Of a DNA stretch of 64,000 bases, positions 38,155-52,049 are shown piece after piece. The notes under the pieces are model-generated. The model saw only the letters and a list, made by a program, of their open reading frames with translations. It ran no database searches and was not told the origin of the DNA. The DNA is from the human T2T-CHM13v2.0 reference genome, Homo sapiens. The stretch's first letter is position 1. Every line of letters starts with the position of its first letter. The stretch lies in the NCBI RefSeq assembly GCF_009914755.1, contig NC_060928.1. One strand, written 5' to 3'. Both the position numbers and the translations under genes were made by a program.

Positions 38155-39894
38155 AGCATCATCATCACTAAGGGTCAGTTTCGATTGACTGACATTGCAA
38201 AAATGTAAATGTGTATCATTTACTTTTTCCCGTTTCTTTTTATGTCTAAATTTGCATTCTATTCTGCACATTATACACGATGTGCTATTGTAGAGGCTTT
38301 TGATTCTGCTATGTTCCTCTGAAGAAATTTTGTTTGTTGTTTTATTTGGTGCCACTGTTTTTGTTTGTTTCTTTTAGCAGACAGTTAACTTGGGTTATTT
38401 CAAACTCCAAAGTATTTTTTTCTGTGATGTGAATGTCAGATGAAATCTCCATCCAATGTTATTGGTCCTATATAAGATACCTTGGCCAAATCCTAAAGGT
38501 TTTCCAAAAGTTGATTTTTTAAGTAATTATTTTACAGGTGATAGCTGTTATCTGTGGAAGAGTTTGTCCCAGGAAGAACAAATATATCATTGCAAGAAAT
38601 AAAGTAACTTAAAAAAATTTAATCCTTGATACATTTTACTTTCAAATAGGTTTGGAAATAGTACAGATAAATAATAGCAATAATTGCTTATTTTCTTGAC
38701 ATATCACTTTGTAACATTGTGTAAAACATTAAAATTAAACATTTATTAGAATTTAAGCTCCATAAACGATAATATTGTTGTCAGTACTCTATTTCCAGTG
38801 CTTGGAATACAAAATAAATGTGCTTTTGAATGAATGATTGATTGAATAAACTCCTATTTTTATGTGGTGTTGTATTTGATCTATAACCTACAAAGTGTTG
38901 AAAATGTGAGTTTATATTTGGCTAACAGATATCAGTTTTAATATTTTGAGACTTTTATTACAAATTTAAATGATACTGTCTGTTTTAGAAAATGATAGTA
39001 ATAACTAGAATTTACCCATTATTAGATAATTTTCAGTTTATTTTTAGAAGTATTCCTATTTAATTCTTTTCTTTCATGTTAAGATTTTAAATTTTTTAAT
39101 CTTAATTATCTAGTAGTTGGGATCAATGTCACTCTACACTATTGTACGTCTGAAGGAAATATGGAAAAATTACCATGGTAACATTGCTAATTGTCTCATA
39201 ATATAGGGAAAAAAATACAAAATGCCAAAACATCACAGATTTTGTGGGCATCCACCTTTCCCTGACATATGATAGAACAAGGTTCCTTGGAGATTTGACC
39301 TCTTATTAATATGCAACTATATAGCTTGCACAAGATATGCTATCAAAATAAATGAGCTTCAACTACATTTGTAGAAAACACTTTATTTAGAAAGACATTT
39401 TATGTAAAAAAAGATTTTTAAATGCCCATAACAGAATCACGGAATATAATTTATTTATTATATATAGAGAATAAAATTCAACATCTGAGGGTTTTTTATT
39501 CATATGGTGTGAAACTCTAAGACTAATATTGTGTTAAGCTTATTAGGTTGAAATCTCAGTTTTAAGAAAGGGAAAGAAACTAGAGCACAAATAAAGATTT
39601 TGTATTGCTGGAATTTGAGCTCTATCTTTAATCCACTGTAAAGTGTGTTTTTTGTAACTCCCTGAAACTGTCTTGAGAAAAAGAAAATTGGCAGTAGCCA
39701 GGACTCACAGTTCTTTCAATGATAACATCTCTTCAGCTAGATGACAAAAAAAAGAAAAATAATGAATGACAAGAGAAAAATAAATGTTTAATGGAGTAAC
39801 TAAGTATTTTTAAATAGTCTCTCATATGTTTGTTCCTACAGCACTTTTCTGTCACTACTTCATGATCCTAAATGATTATGAAGACATTTATTTG

Positions 39895-40250
39895 TGTGGT
39901 AGGCAGAATAATGTCTCCCCAGTGAGGTCCACATTCGAATCCCTCTAACCTATGAATATTTTACCACATATGCCAAGAGGAATTAATGTTGCAGATATAA
40001 TTAAGATTACTAATATGGTTAATAAAGCATGATTATCCTAAATTATGCAGGTGGACCTAATGTTATGACAGAGATCCTTAAGAGGGAGGGGAGGGCAGGT
40101 TTATATGATGTGAGAAAGAAAGGCTCACCATTACTGTCTCTGAAGCTGGCAGAAGGGGGTCATGAGGAAGTCAATGTGGTTAGTGGCAAGAAATAGTAAA
40201 TAGCCAGGAAACAAATTATCTTCAGAGCCTCCAGAAAGGAAATGCAATAT
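39895..40250 (+). mobile_element. MaLR LTR, MLT1D/E-like (3' truncated)
   Basis: tgtggtaggcagaataatg...gaattaatgttgcagat...gagcctccagaaaggaaatgc. Confidence 0.8.
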
Positions 40251-41289
40251 TGCATTTCCACTTAACAAAAACTTCTGAAAATGACCTGATACCTTTGATG
40301 TTATCTACAATGTAGTAGAAACATCTACATATTACATAATACATAGGTAGCTAAATACAAAACCTTCAGTACATCACTGAATAAAAGCCACGTCATACAG
40401 TGAAAGGGGAATTTTAGGTTTCAGACCAGTGGGAAAGCACTGGGAGAATAATCAGTGATTTTTCTCATGCCCTCTGTCTCCCAATAGAAAATTACCACTC
40501 ATTCTTCAAGTTTTACTATTAAAAATCTGCTTGTAGTTGTCTGTTTTGGTGCCCTAACAATTGCAAAATATCGATACTATCCTGTTGACTTTATTGTAAG
40601 TAATTCATATCTTTTGTGTAATTTAAGAAAGTATAAATTTTGATTTAAGGAATAATTAAACATTATAACTAGATCATATCCTCCTTGTGGATAAGGTTGC
40701 TAATGAGCTGTTTACTCTGGAAATGTCCTTGATATGCATTGCTAAATCTTACAGCACTTTCATCTTCAAAATATACTGTTTTCTACCCCTTTTTAGGCTA
40801 AATTGCGTGGATTAACGCCAAGTGAAATCACTGAACTTAACATTAAAATTTTTTGAAGTATTACATTTCCTCTCATATTTATCATTTAAAAGTATGAAGA
40901 ATATTCTCACTTAACTATTATCCCAGTGGGAAAAAGTGCTTCCAAGAAACAAGTGTGCCACCAAACATAATAAAATCAAGAGAATTACTTCAAATGCATA
41001 AACTTTAAAAAATACTTGTAAAATGCATTAACAAAGATGTTATTTGATATCTGAGAAAACTTTTTATCTTTAAATAGTATATTTGTAAGATATTATTACA
41101 AACAAATTCTGTATTATAAGACTGCATATATTTGTGCAATATAAGCCAGTGGTCTCAGCCATATTTAGAAGAACGTGCATTGTTTGCATTTGGCAATGTC
41201 TGAAACAAGACTTAACCACAATAAGTCCAAGTGACTATCCTTGAGCTCATAGTACATTACTTTATTTACTGCAGGTTTATAAATACATT

Positions 41290-41590
41290 GATATAGGTTA
41301 GATTAGGTCCTTCTTTTTTTATCTTTTTGTCAAATCTTGACTATTCTTAGCCTTTTACATTTTCATATAAGTTTTGGAAGTTGATGTTACTTTCAAAAAT
41401 ATCTGGGACTTTAATTGAGATTGCAGTGAATCTAAGATCCCTACTTGGTTTGTCTTGTTTGTTTTGAATTGTTATTTTCAGAGTCTTCTGATCGTTACTC
41501 TGTGTATTTTGTTCAGAGTTATTAGTTGCAACTAGCAGGAGGAATAGATTAGAATGCATGTATTCCATCTTGTCTGGATCCAGAGGTACT
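41290..41590 (-). mobile_element. Old L1M fragments
   Basis: tattcttagccttttacattttcatataagtttt...tgggactttaattgagattgcagtgaatcta. Confidence 0.55.
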
Positions 41591-41749
41591 GTTAGTTAAT
41601 ATTTTAAACTATCATTATGGAGAAAGACTTCCACAGAAAGACATAGCCTATGCATGAATAACTAGCCATACAATTTCATTAAATTTCATTTAAAGGAATG
41701 AATTAAAATTCATTTCTTTAAAAATATATGGCAAAGTTTACACAAGCAA

Positions 41750-42730
41750 ATGAAAGAATAAATGATAAAGTGGAACCAGTTAACTAACATATTTAGCGAA
41801 CAGTGACAATCTATAATATGTAAGGGAACTTTTAAATCAATCAATCAATATAAACATGATTTGAAAACAGAATAAAATTTATTCATAAAAATAAATAAGA
41901 TTAATAATATTACCAAAATATAAGTCATACACAACTCAAAACAAAATAAAGCATTAATGAGACACCATTTGTCACCTATAAGATTGGCTGATAATGAAAT
42001 ATTTTATAACATTCAATACTAGAAAATAAGTTGGGAAATGATTACACTCATAGAGTATTAGTAAACATAAAAATGTAGAGAGGGCATTTATAGGGGGGCA
42101 ATTTGAACTATTTTGAATTTTAGGTATTTTTTAAGCCAGTGATTCTACTTACAGGAATTTATCTTACAGATACTTACTTACATGTGGAAATGAAACAGGT
42201 AATGTTATGCACAGTATTATTATTTGTAATAAAACACAACTAATAATATTCACATCCATAAATATATATTTTGTTATTTATGACATATCTCCTCTTTATA
42301 GAAAATCTGTGAAGGTAGAAAAAGTATTCTGTCATGTTTGCAACTATATCAGTAGTGCTGAGAATAAAGTAGCAAATACATATTGAATAAATGAAGAAGC
42401 AACCGATAAGGAAGGTACAAACCACCATATAACCATAAAAACTATCATGCAATCATTTAAAAGAAGGCAGATATAAATCCACAACATAATATAGCATGAA
42501 ATTTTCAAGTTGAAGAAGAAAACTATATATCCCATTCTAAATCAGAAAACATATTGACAAACATGAAGATATTTATATATTATAAAATGTTGTATATTAA
42601 TACAGACCAAATTTTTGATAATGAAAACCCCTAGAGATGGTTGAGGTGGTGTCATGAGGTTTTCTCTTTAACATGTATTTTTATGTAGTTTGAAGATTGT
42701 ACATTCAGTATTATTGATATTAGTTGTAAT
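41750..42730 (+). mobile_element. Old L1ME 3' region
   Basis: aatgagacaccatttgtcacctataagattggc, attctacttacaggaatttatc motifs. Confidence 0.65.
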
Positions 42731-42846
42731 AATGAATCTTTGAGTGATTCGAGCTAAATTCTTTCTGCTATGCTCATCACTTTGCTTAGACAAACTAAAG
42801 AGTGACTCTTGTTTGCCACCATATACACAGATACAATTAAATCTCA

Positions 42847-43147
42847 GGCTGGGGGTGGTAGCTCATGCCTATAATCCCAGTGCTTTGAGAGGCAAAGGTG
42901 GGTGGATTGCTTGAGCTCAGGAGTTAGAAAGCAGCCTGGGCAACATGGTGAAACCCTATCTCTACAAAAAATACAAATTTAGCAGGGTGTGGTGGCATGT
43001 GCCTATAGTCCCAGCTACTCAGGAGGCTGAGGTACAAGGATTGCTTGAGCCTAGGAGGTCAGGGCTGCAGTGAGCCATGATCCCTCCACTGCACTCCAGC
43101 CTGGGTGGCACAATGAGATCCTGTCTTGAAAAAAATAAAAAAAAAAA
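42847..43147 (+). mobile_element. Alu SINE, AluJ, full length
   Basis: ggattgcttgagctcaggag and ggattgcttgagcctaggaggtc; A tail; approximate TSD aaatctc. Confidence 0.95.
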
Positions 43148-44238
43148 GACAGGAAAAAAGAGAAGAAAATCTCTCAACTTTATGTTTTCTGGACTATTAC
43201 AATCTTATTTTTAAAAGGTCAATCACTTCAACCAGAATGTTTTAAAAGCAGAGTTTCATCATCCCTAAGGAGAAGCAGTTTCAGAATAAATACATCTATG
43301 AGTCTACATAAAATGACTCTAGAAATATATTTCTCCTTATTTTGTATTGTTAGTTCATCATAAGCCAAACAAATTAAATGAAATCATTTCAAACTTGTGG
43401 CAACATCAAGGAAAGTTAAATAAACCGGTTGGTATTACATGAAAACATAAAATAAGCCTTTTTAAACTTCCAAATCCAGGGCTCCAGAGTATATCTTTAA
43501 GTATCCCTGACTGAGGATATATCAAGTACACAATTGAACACACTGAGATTGAACACACAATTGCTCTCTTATTATGCAGTAATAGCTACATCAAAACCAG
43601 CAGGATGTTATATCATAGCACCAAGTGGAGGAGAAACCCAGCCAGGTATTCAAGCACAATAAAAAAGAAAGGATTTGTTGCCACGGCAAGGCTTGATTCC
43701 TAAAAGTAATGACTTACAAACTGAGCTGCATATAATGTCTCATCTACTTTTTTTTTTTAAGAATAAAAACCTATAAGGTCAACATGTCCCACTTAACAAC
43801 AAAGAAAAGAGATAAGGTAAAACTTGGTTAGAAAGAACATGTGACTTTTAAAATAAAATGATGACCTTTAGAATGCACGAATATAAAGCTATAAAGGGAT
43901 TAATATAATCACTAGAAAATTCTCATGCTAATTATCTCCACATCTTTTTATTAATATTAAGCAAAGAAGTGTCATCAGGATATGTAGGACACTTTTGTTT
44001 CATTAACATAGCTCTTTCATCTCAAATTAAGCTCTACTGTAACTAAAATAGTTGTAATACCCACAGTGAACATTGATTTCAACATAAATTGTGTAATGCA
44101 ATGCCTATCATGATCAATAAATACCTGTTAAATGAATAAAACGATTACATATGTATTAAGCTGTGTTTTCATGTTGAATACAAGTTAATGATCTTTTTTC
44201 TATTGTTCTAAAGCCCCTCTTAAGTGAAGAAAGTACAT

Positions 44239-44640
44239 TGTAATGGCTGCTGTGGTTTGCCTCCCAGATATGCCTAAGCACTTACATTCCAGCTGCTAGA
44301 AATGCAGAGTGCTAAGAGCTCACAACTGAGTCCCACCTTGAAATCACCAGTGATTGAAAGACATTGCCTGGCCCCAAATTAGATAACTCCTCAGAGGCTG
44401 CCTGTGTCCAATACTTGTCACTCTGGATGTCCAAAACCCAACTCCCTGGCCTCAGTTTAAAACAACTGAGAAGAGACATTCCAGCTCCTGAGGCCTCAGT
44501 TTGTAACACATCACAAGTCAGCTTTGTCTCCTTCCATCATCCCCTCACGGGTGTTCTTTCCAAAAGCACACACAAATTAAAATCCTGCACACACGTTTTA
44601 CACCCAGAGCTTATTTTCTGCAGAATCTAAACTCAAAGAG
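44239..44640 (+). mobile_element. ERVL 5' LTR (LTR16-like)
   Basis: tgtaatggctgctgtg start, cattccagctcctgag, attaaaatcctgcacac poly(A)/U5 region, directly followed by ERVL internal sequence. Confidence 0.75.
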
Positions 44641-47190
44641 TTGGTCAAAGGTGGTCTGAGGAAGCATACTCTAAATGAGATCTGGAGGTGGACAACCCTC
44701 CTGCCTGCGAACACAGAGGAATCATCACCCTCACTCCACTGAGAGTGGAGTATGATAACACCTGGCATGTGGTAGCAGTACAGATGTTAAATTTGTAGAA
44801 ATGTTGAACTGGGAGGAAACAGTGGCTGAACAAATGCCCTGGCAGATATAACTCAGGCATATGGAAGATGTTGAGAAAGTCATAATTATAAGGACAATGG
44901 AATCAGATAGGGTGTTGAGGAGTGCGATTGGTGCCCTAGAGAAAAACAGTGACGGTCTCCTTGGCAACATATAAAAAGAATTAATTTACTGCAGCTGCAG
45001 AGAAAAAAAAATCTGAAGATCCACTTTATATAGGAAGAGAAAATCACAACCCTGGTGATTTTTTTCCCAAGGTTAAGGCCCTGATGAAAAGGAGTAGGAC
45101 CTGGAAACTTCTGATGGACACATCAGAGTTAATGCAATGACAATCTCGAATTGTCACAATGTCGAATACCTTGGAATTCTTGAGTTTGAAGAAGTGGCCC
45201 TTTCGTCTCTGTTGAAAGCTAGCAAGGATTCTGCCTTGCAAGGTAACTCATGGCCTCTGCCTCCAGGATTCATTCTGCTTCTTCTGAGTGCCAGAGCAAT
45301 GACTATTTTAAATTCATAACAGAGACGTGCTGGGACTGCTCAGAAAGGAAAGGGCCTATACCACATAGTAACTCCAGTATCTAGCCAACATATACTACAG
45401 AACATAAGCCAAGAGAAGATGTGAAGGACTGGATCCTGAAATTCCTCAGTTAAAGTTGGGACACATAAAGCTGCGTAAGGGAGAGTTCATCTCTGTAGGA
45501 GCTATATATACAGAAACTAATCATAGGAGCATACTCCCATAAAGATGTAAACAAGCTGCATTTAGAGGCTTAGAATGTACCCTGGAAGTTGGTGCAAAAA
45601 AGATTCTAGGATGGCTCTTGGAAGATAACAGAGGGCCATGGCCAGCACTAAGTGAAGTAAAGATGCCAGAGCTGCCATAGTGAAAAGGACCAAAGGGTTT
45701 ATAATAGTGGGCATGTAAGAGCAGATATACTATGGCATAGATAGATAGATAGATAGATGATAGATAGATAGATGATAGATAGATAGACAGACAGACAGAT
45801 ATAGATATATCTATATATCAGGCATACGGAAGGTGTTGAGATAATAGAATCCCCAGTAGAAGTGTCACTTAAACTTCTTAATTAAAAGTGGGTAGAATTA
45901 AATAAATGAGCAGTAAGTTTGCAAAGACAACTAGAGGGCCAGACCACAGAGAACCATGAAGATATTTAGCAGAGCATGGCCTTGTTGGCAGTAAGGTAAA
46001 TAGGCATTGAGCAAGAGTACTGATCTATCTGGACAATGAAAATGAAAGCAAGGAGAATGATCAGGAGGCTAAAGAAGTTTGAGTATTATTGCCTAGTTCC
46101 CAGATCTTACTACTTCTCAGACCTAGAACCTACTGACTGAAGGCAAGGGCAGGCCCCTAGGAAGAAGGAGCCTGCAACACCGTTGCAAATTTGTGCAGCA
46201 ATGATTCCTCCAGTCTTTCTCAAAGGATCCAATAGTCATTTATGAATATCAGTACAATGGTAATAGGGTGACATTCAGGCATTGTGAGAACTTCTAGAAA
46301 CAGTCATGAGTTAACACTGATTTCCAGAGATCCAGTATATCATTGTGGCCTCTGTGCTAGGGAAGGACAAAACAGACACAAGTAATAGGCAGAATTCCAG
46401 GCCCAGGTCCAGGCTGCAGTGGGTCTCCATGGACCTTTCTCTAGTCACCTACTGTGTAATTGCAATGGGCATTTACCATATATTGGACGTTGGTTCCTTG
46501 GCTTGTGAGGGGATAAGCTATCAGTGAAAAAGAGTAAGTAGGAGCTTTTGAAACTCCACACAATCAACCAAGAAAGCAAACCAAAATACTATTATATCTA
46601 AGTGGGAACGGTAGGGAACAGCACCACTCTTAAATACCTGAAGAACAGAAGTGTTATCTCCATCATATTCCCATTTATTTTAGTAACATGGTTTTCCAAA
46701 AGTGCAACAGACACTGGAGGATGAAAGTGAATTACATCAAATTCAATGAAGCTTAAGCTTCATTTGCAGCTGCTGTACCAGATATGTTGTCCTATCTGGA
46801 GATGATTATTATGGCCTAGGGTACATGATATGTGATCTTTGGTTTTGCCAGAGTATTCTATTCAATCCTAAAATATAAATCTCCTGATATTACTCTAGTC
46901 CTTGAGAAGACCAATCAGTTCCTTGGTGACCCATTAATTCTACTGAATAGCAACTCACTTAGATAAGAACAGACACATATTCTGGATATAAATTTGCCTT
47001 TCTTTCCTGCCTGTAGCGCCTCAATTGCAACTTCTAGCTGAGAGTTGACAGAGTTGTTTTCTACTGATACAAATCACGTGCAGTATTGTGTCAAAACAAA
47101 GCCTCCACTTTATAGCAAGTCTGCTGAGGAAGTGGGCAATTAATTGACCATGCCATCTTCTGGTCCTATAGCATAATACGCATTGGAGAT
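44641..47190 (+). mobile_element. Decayed ERVL internal region (HERV16/ERV3-16A3-like) with RT and integrase relics
   Basis: 46715-46867 translates WRMKVNYIKFNEA*ASFAAAVPDMLSYLE...GT*YVIFGFARVFYSI (ERVL RT WRMTVDY...AAAVPD...DLANAFFSI); ~46971 DTYSGYKFAF integrase motif. Confidence 0.85.
45738..45812. repeat. (GATA)n/(GACA)n microsatellite
   Basis: Direct observation. Confidence 0.95.
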
Positions 47191-47638
47191 TGAGTTTCCA
47201 ACACATGATTAATTTAAATGAAGTCCCAGTTTTCTGAGAGTTTTATCATGAATGTGTGTTGAATTTAGTATAATGTGTTTTCTGCATCTATTAATGTAAT
47301 ACAATTTTCTTGATTTAGCTTTTTGATGTTATGGATTACCTTAGTTGATTTTCAACTGTTGAGTGAGTCTTGTATAGTTGTAATAAATCCAACTTCATTG
47401 TGGTGTGTATTTTTTTAGACACTGCTGGATTTGATGTGCTTATATTCTGCTGAGGATTTTTACACCTATGTTTATGAGAGATATTGCTATGTAGCTTTCC
47501 TTTCTTGTAATATTTTTGTCTGCTTTTAGTACTAGGGTAACAGTGGCCTCATAAAATTAGTTAGAAAGTATTACCACAACTTCTATTGTCTGGAAGAAAT
47601 GGTAGGACCTTGGTATAATTTCTTTTAAAAAATGCTGG

Positions 47639-47955
<317 letters not shown>

Positions 47956-47975
47956 ATTGGTTAAATTTACTAAAG

Positions 47976-48322
47976 CAGCAGTCAGCAGTCCCCAATCTTT
48001 TTGGCACCAGAAATCAGTTTCATGGAAAACAATTTTTCCACAAATGGGGAGGGAGAGAGGATGGTTTCAGGATGAAACTGTTCTGCCTCAGAACATCAGG
48101 CATTAGATTCTCACAAGAAGCATGCAACCTAGATCCCTTGCAATGTGCGGTTCACAGTAGAGTTCATAATCCTATGAGAATCTAATGCTGCTGCTGATCT
48201 GACAGAAGGCAGATTTCAGGTAGTAATGCTTGTTTGCCTGCCACTCACCACCTGCTGTGTGGCTTGGTTCCTAACAGGCCACGGACCAGTACTGGTCCAT
48301 GGCCTGGGGCTGGGGACCCCTG
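47976..48322 (+). mobile_element. hAT-Charlie DNA transposon MER1B
   Basis: cagcagtccccaatctttttggcacc...gttcctaacaggccacggaccagtactggtccatggcctggggctggggacccctg. Confidence 0.9.
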
Positions 48323-51300
48323 CACCAGAGAAGACATCTTTAAAAGTTACTAATTATTGACTCGATTTCTTAAATGTAGAGGCCTGTTTCTCCTTGTGTG
48401 TTTTAGCAGATTGTGTCTTTCAAGGAATTGATCCATTTCTTCTAGGTTATCAAATTTATGAGCATAGAGTTTTACATAATATTCTTTATTATCCTTTTAA
48501 TTTTCATGGGATTAGTAGTGATGGCTCTCTTTAATTCCAAAATTAGTAATATGTTTCTTTTTTCCTTACTTAGCTAGGATAGTCCATTATCAATTTTATA
48601 TATAAAAAACCAGGGTCTGATTTTGATTTTCCCTGTTGATTTTCTGTTTTTAATTTTTTTAATTTATGATTGAATTTTAAGTTTTTTCTAGTTTCCTAAA
48701 GAAGCTTAGATGAATAATTTCAGATTTTTCTTCTTTTCTAATATATGTATCACTTCTGTAAATTTTTCTCTAAGCATTGCTTTTGCTGGCTTCCACACAT
48801 TTTTATATATTTTTATTTCAAAAATTTTTAATTTATTTTGAGACTTCTTTGACCCGTGTGTTATTTAGAAGTGTGCTGTTAAATCTCAAGTATTTTTTAA
48901 TTTTTCCAGCTAACTTTTAGTTATTGATTTTTAATTCAATTATATGATTGTCTGAGGACATACTTCATATGATTTATATTCTTGTAAATGTGTTAAGTTT
49001 TCTTTTATGGTCCAAAAAGTGGTCTGTCTTGGTGGATGTTCCATGTGAGCTTTAGAAGAATGTGTGTTCTGCCACTGTTGAATAACACGTTCCATAAATG
49101 AAAGTTAGATCTAGTTGATTGAAGATGCTCTTCCATTCAACTATGACCTTACTGATTTCTGTCAATTGCTGATTAAGAGGGGTTGAAATCTCTAACAATT
49201 AATTTATTCATTTCTCCCTGAAGTTCTTGTACATTTTGTCTCATGTATTTTGATGCTATGTGGTTAGCTTCATACACCTTAAGAATTGTTCTTACTTCTT
49301 GGATTCTTCATGCCTTTATCATCACGTAATGGTCCCGTTTATCCCTGATACTTTTTGTCGCTCTGAAGTGCACTTCATCTGAAATTAATATAGTTACTAT
49401 AGTTTTCTTTTCTTTTGATTCATGTTAGCATGGTGTGTCTTTTTCCATCCCTTTGCTTTTAATCTGTCCATGTCTTTATATTTAAGGTGATTTTCTTGTA
49501 AACAATATATAGTTAGCCCTTGTTTTTTTTTTTTTCTGTTCTGACAATTTCTGTGTACTGGTGTACTAAAATCACTAACATTTCCATAAATAGTTGATAT
49601 AATTGGATTACTATCTACCATATTTATTGCTATTTTCTACTTACTGCCCTTATTCTTGTTTTTATTTTTGTTTTCCAGGTCTTCTGTTTCCTCTAATTTA
49701 AATTAAGCATTTTGTATGATTCCAATTTTTCTCCTTTCTTAATATATCAGTTATAATCGTTCTTTTGCATCTTAATGGTTGCTGTAGTCTTTGCAATATA
49801 CGTTTCTGACTAATTCAAGTCTGCTTTCAAATAACACTATATACTTCATAGATAGTGCAAATACCTTATCCGAGAGTGTTCCTAATACTTTTTTCCTGTT
49901 CCCTAACACATCCGCCATTCATTACACTTACCTGTCAGTTATAATCACTGAATACATTGTTGATATCATTATTTTGGACACATTGCTATGAATTAGATCA
50001 ATTTCAATTTTTGAAATGCCATTTATTTTGCCATCATGTATTTTATTTTGCCATGCTTTTCCTTTCCTTTTTTTATGTAGGTTTGAGGTTCTGAGCTATA
50101 TCATTTTCCCTCTCTCTGAAGTACTACTTTTGATAATTCTTGAAGGGCAGGTCTATTGGCAATACATTTTTTTTTGCCTGAGAAAGTCTTTATTTCTCCT
50201 TCACTTTTGAAGGAAAATTCCAATGGGTTTAGAATTCTAGGTTAGTATTTTATTTTTCTTTCAACATTTCACACTACTTTCTTCTTGCTTGCATGTTTTC
50301 TAAACAGAAGTTTCATTTAATTCTCATTCCTGTTCCTCTATAAGTAGAGTTATCTGTCCTTGCCCGTAACCCTCAACTGAGCTACTTTTAGTATTTTTCT
50401 TTCATTTTGATTTTCTGCAGTATGATACAATGTGCCTAGGTGTCGACTTTTTGGCATTTGTCCTGCTTTGTGTTTTTTGAGATTCTTGGATCTGTGGTTT
50501 GGTGTCTGTCATTAATTTTGAAAATTTTTCAGCCATTATTACTTCAAATATGTATTTTGCTCCTTTTTATTTTCTGTTTCTAGTATTTCCATTCATTAAA
50601 CATATGATACACCTTGTGTGATTGTTCTATAGTTTTTGAATATTTTGTTTGATTTTTTTCTTTTTTTTTCCTTTTCAGTTTAGGAAGTTTCATTTTCAAG
50701 TATGTGAATTATTTCCTTGTCCATATCTAATCTACTTATAAACATATAATACATTCTGCGTTTGTGTTACAGTTTTTTTTGTTTGACTCAACAATGTCCT
50801 TATAACATTTTCTTAAAATGCTCATCTCTCAGCTGACATGTGATCTTGCATGTTGTGCACCTTATCCATTAGAGCTCTTGACATATTAATTAGAATTATT
50901 TTAAATTTCTAGTCTGATAATTTCAAAACTCCAGCCATATCAGTGTCTGGTTCAGATATTTACTTTTTATCTTCAGACGGCATTTTTTGTCTTGAAGCAT
51001 GACTTTTAATTTTTTTCTGATTTTGTGGCTGGGGAGCATGAAAAGAAACTGCAATAAATAGGCCTTAGTGTGAGGTTTTATGTTTACTAGTCAGAAGTGT
51101 CTATTCTTCATAGTAGTTGTGTGTGTCAAAGGTTATCATGTCCTCTAGTGTCCTTGTTTTTGTTTTCCTTGATGTCTTTGGGTCTGTTTAGAGACTCATT
51201 CGAAATAGGACCTGAGTCTTGGTTTTCTTTCCATCGTAATCACTTACACAGGAGCATGAGTTATGTGGTGTAAAATGTGAGTTAAGAGAAGCAGTGTATA

Positions 51301-52049
51301 GTCCTATAATTCAATTTCAGTCTTTTAGGGAGACTGTGCACCAGATATGTGACCTTCACAAGTGCTTCTGAGGTGTTTTTGGTTTTGTTTTTGTTTTTTT
51401 AAATCCCTAGAGATGCTAGAGGGTGTTTGATTTGGGTTTCCACCTTCTCCCAGTTAGGTTCTGGAAAACCCAAATTGTGTAGGCTCTGGTAAAGTAGTTT
51501 CATTTGAAGGCAGGCTTCTGTTAAGGAGAAGAGAATGTTCTGGACTTATTTTGAAATTCCAGATACTGGAAGCTGGAGGGGACTTTTTACTGACCTTCAC
51601 AGGAGAAACTGGTGGGACTCCTGGAGGTAAAAATCATGACATTTTGAGTCCCCCCAAGACTGGGCCCCTCAATTTTTAACTGTCAGCTCATGCACACTGA
51701 CAGTCCAGCAATTCCTCAGTTGCAGTTCAAGTGTTCCTTCCAGCACTGGATCCAGTGGCAAGTTTCTGCTCCTGGGTTTTGGTTTCAATTAAGTTGTGAT
51801 TTTCCTCTGTTTACGTGTCTCTCCAATTTTTTATGGCAGCAGTTTGTTCGTGACCTCAATTTTCTGACAGATCTAAAAAGAGTTGTTGATTTTCAGTTTG
51901 CTCAACTTTTTTTTTTTTTTGCTGTTGTAAAAGCAGAAATGATGGCTTCTCAGCTCTGTATGTATCATATAAGATGCCAGAGTTCTCCAGATTTCTTTTA
52001 AAAAAAAATCTATTACAAATGATTTCATTCCAGCTCTAGCCTTAGGTGT

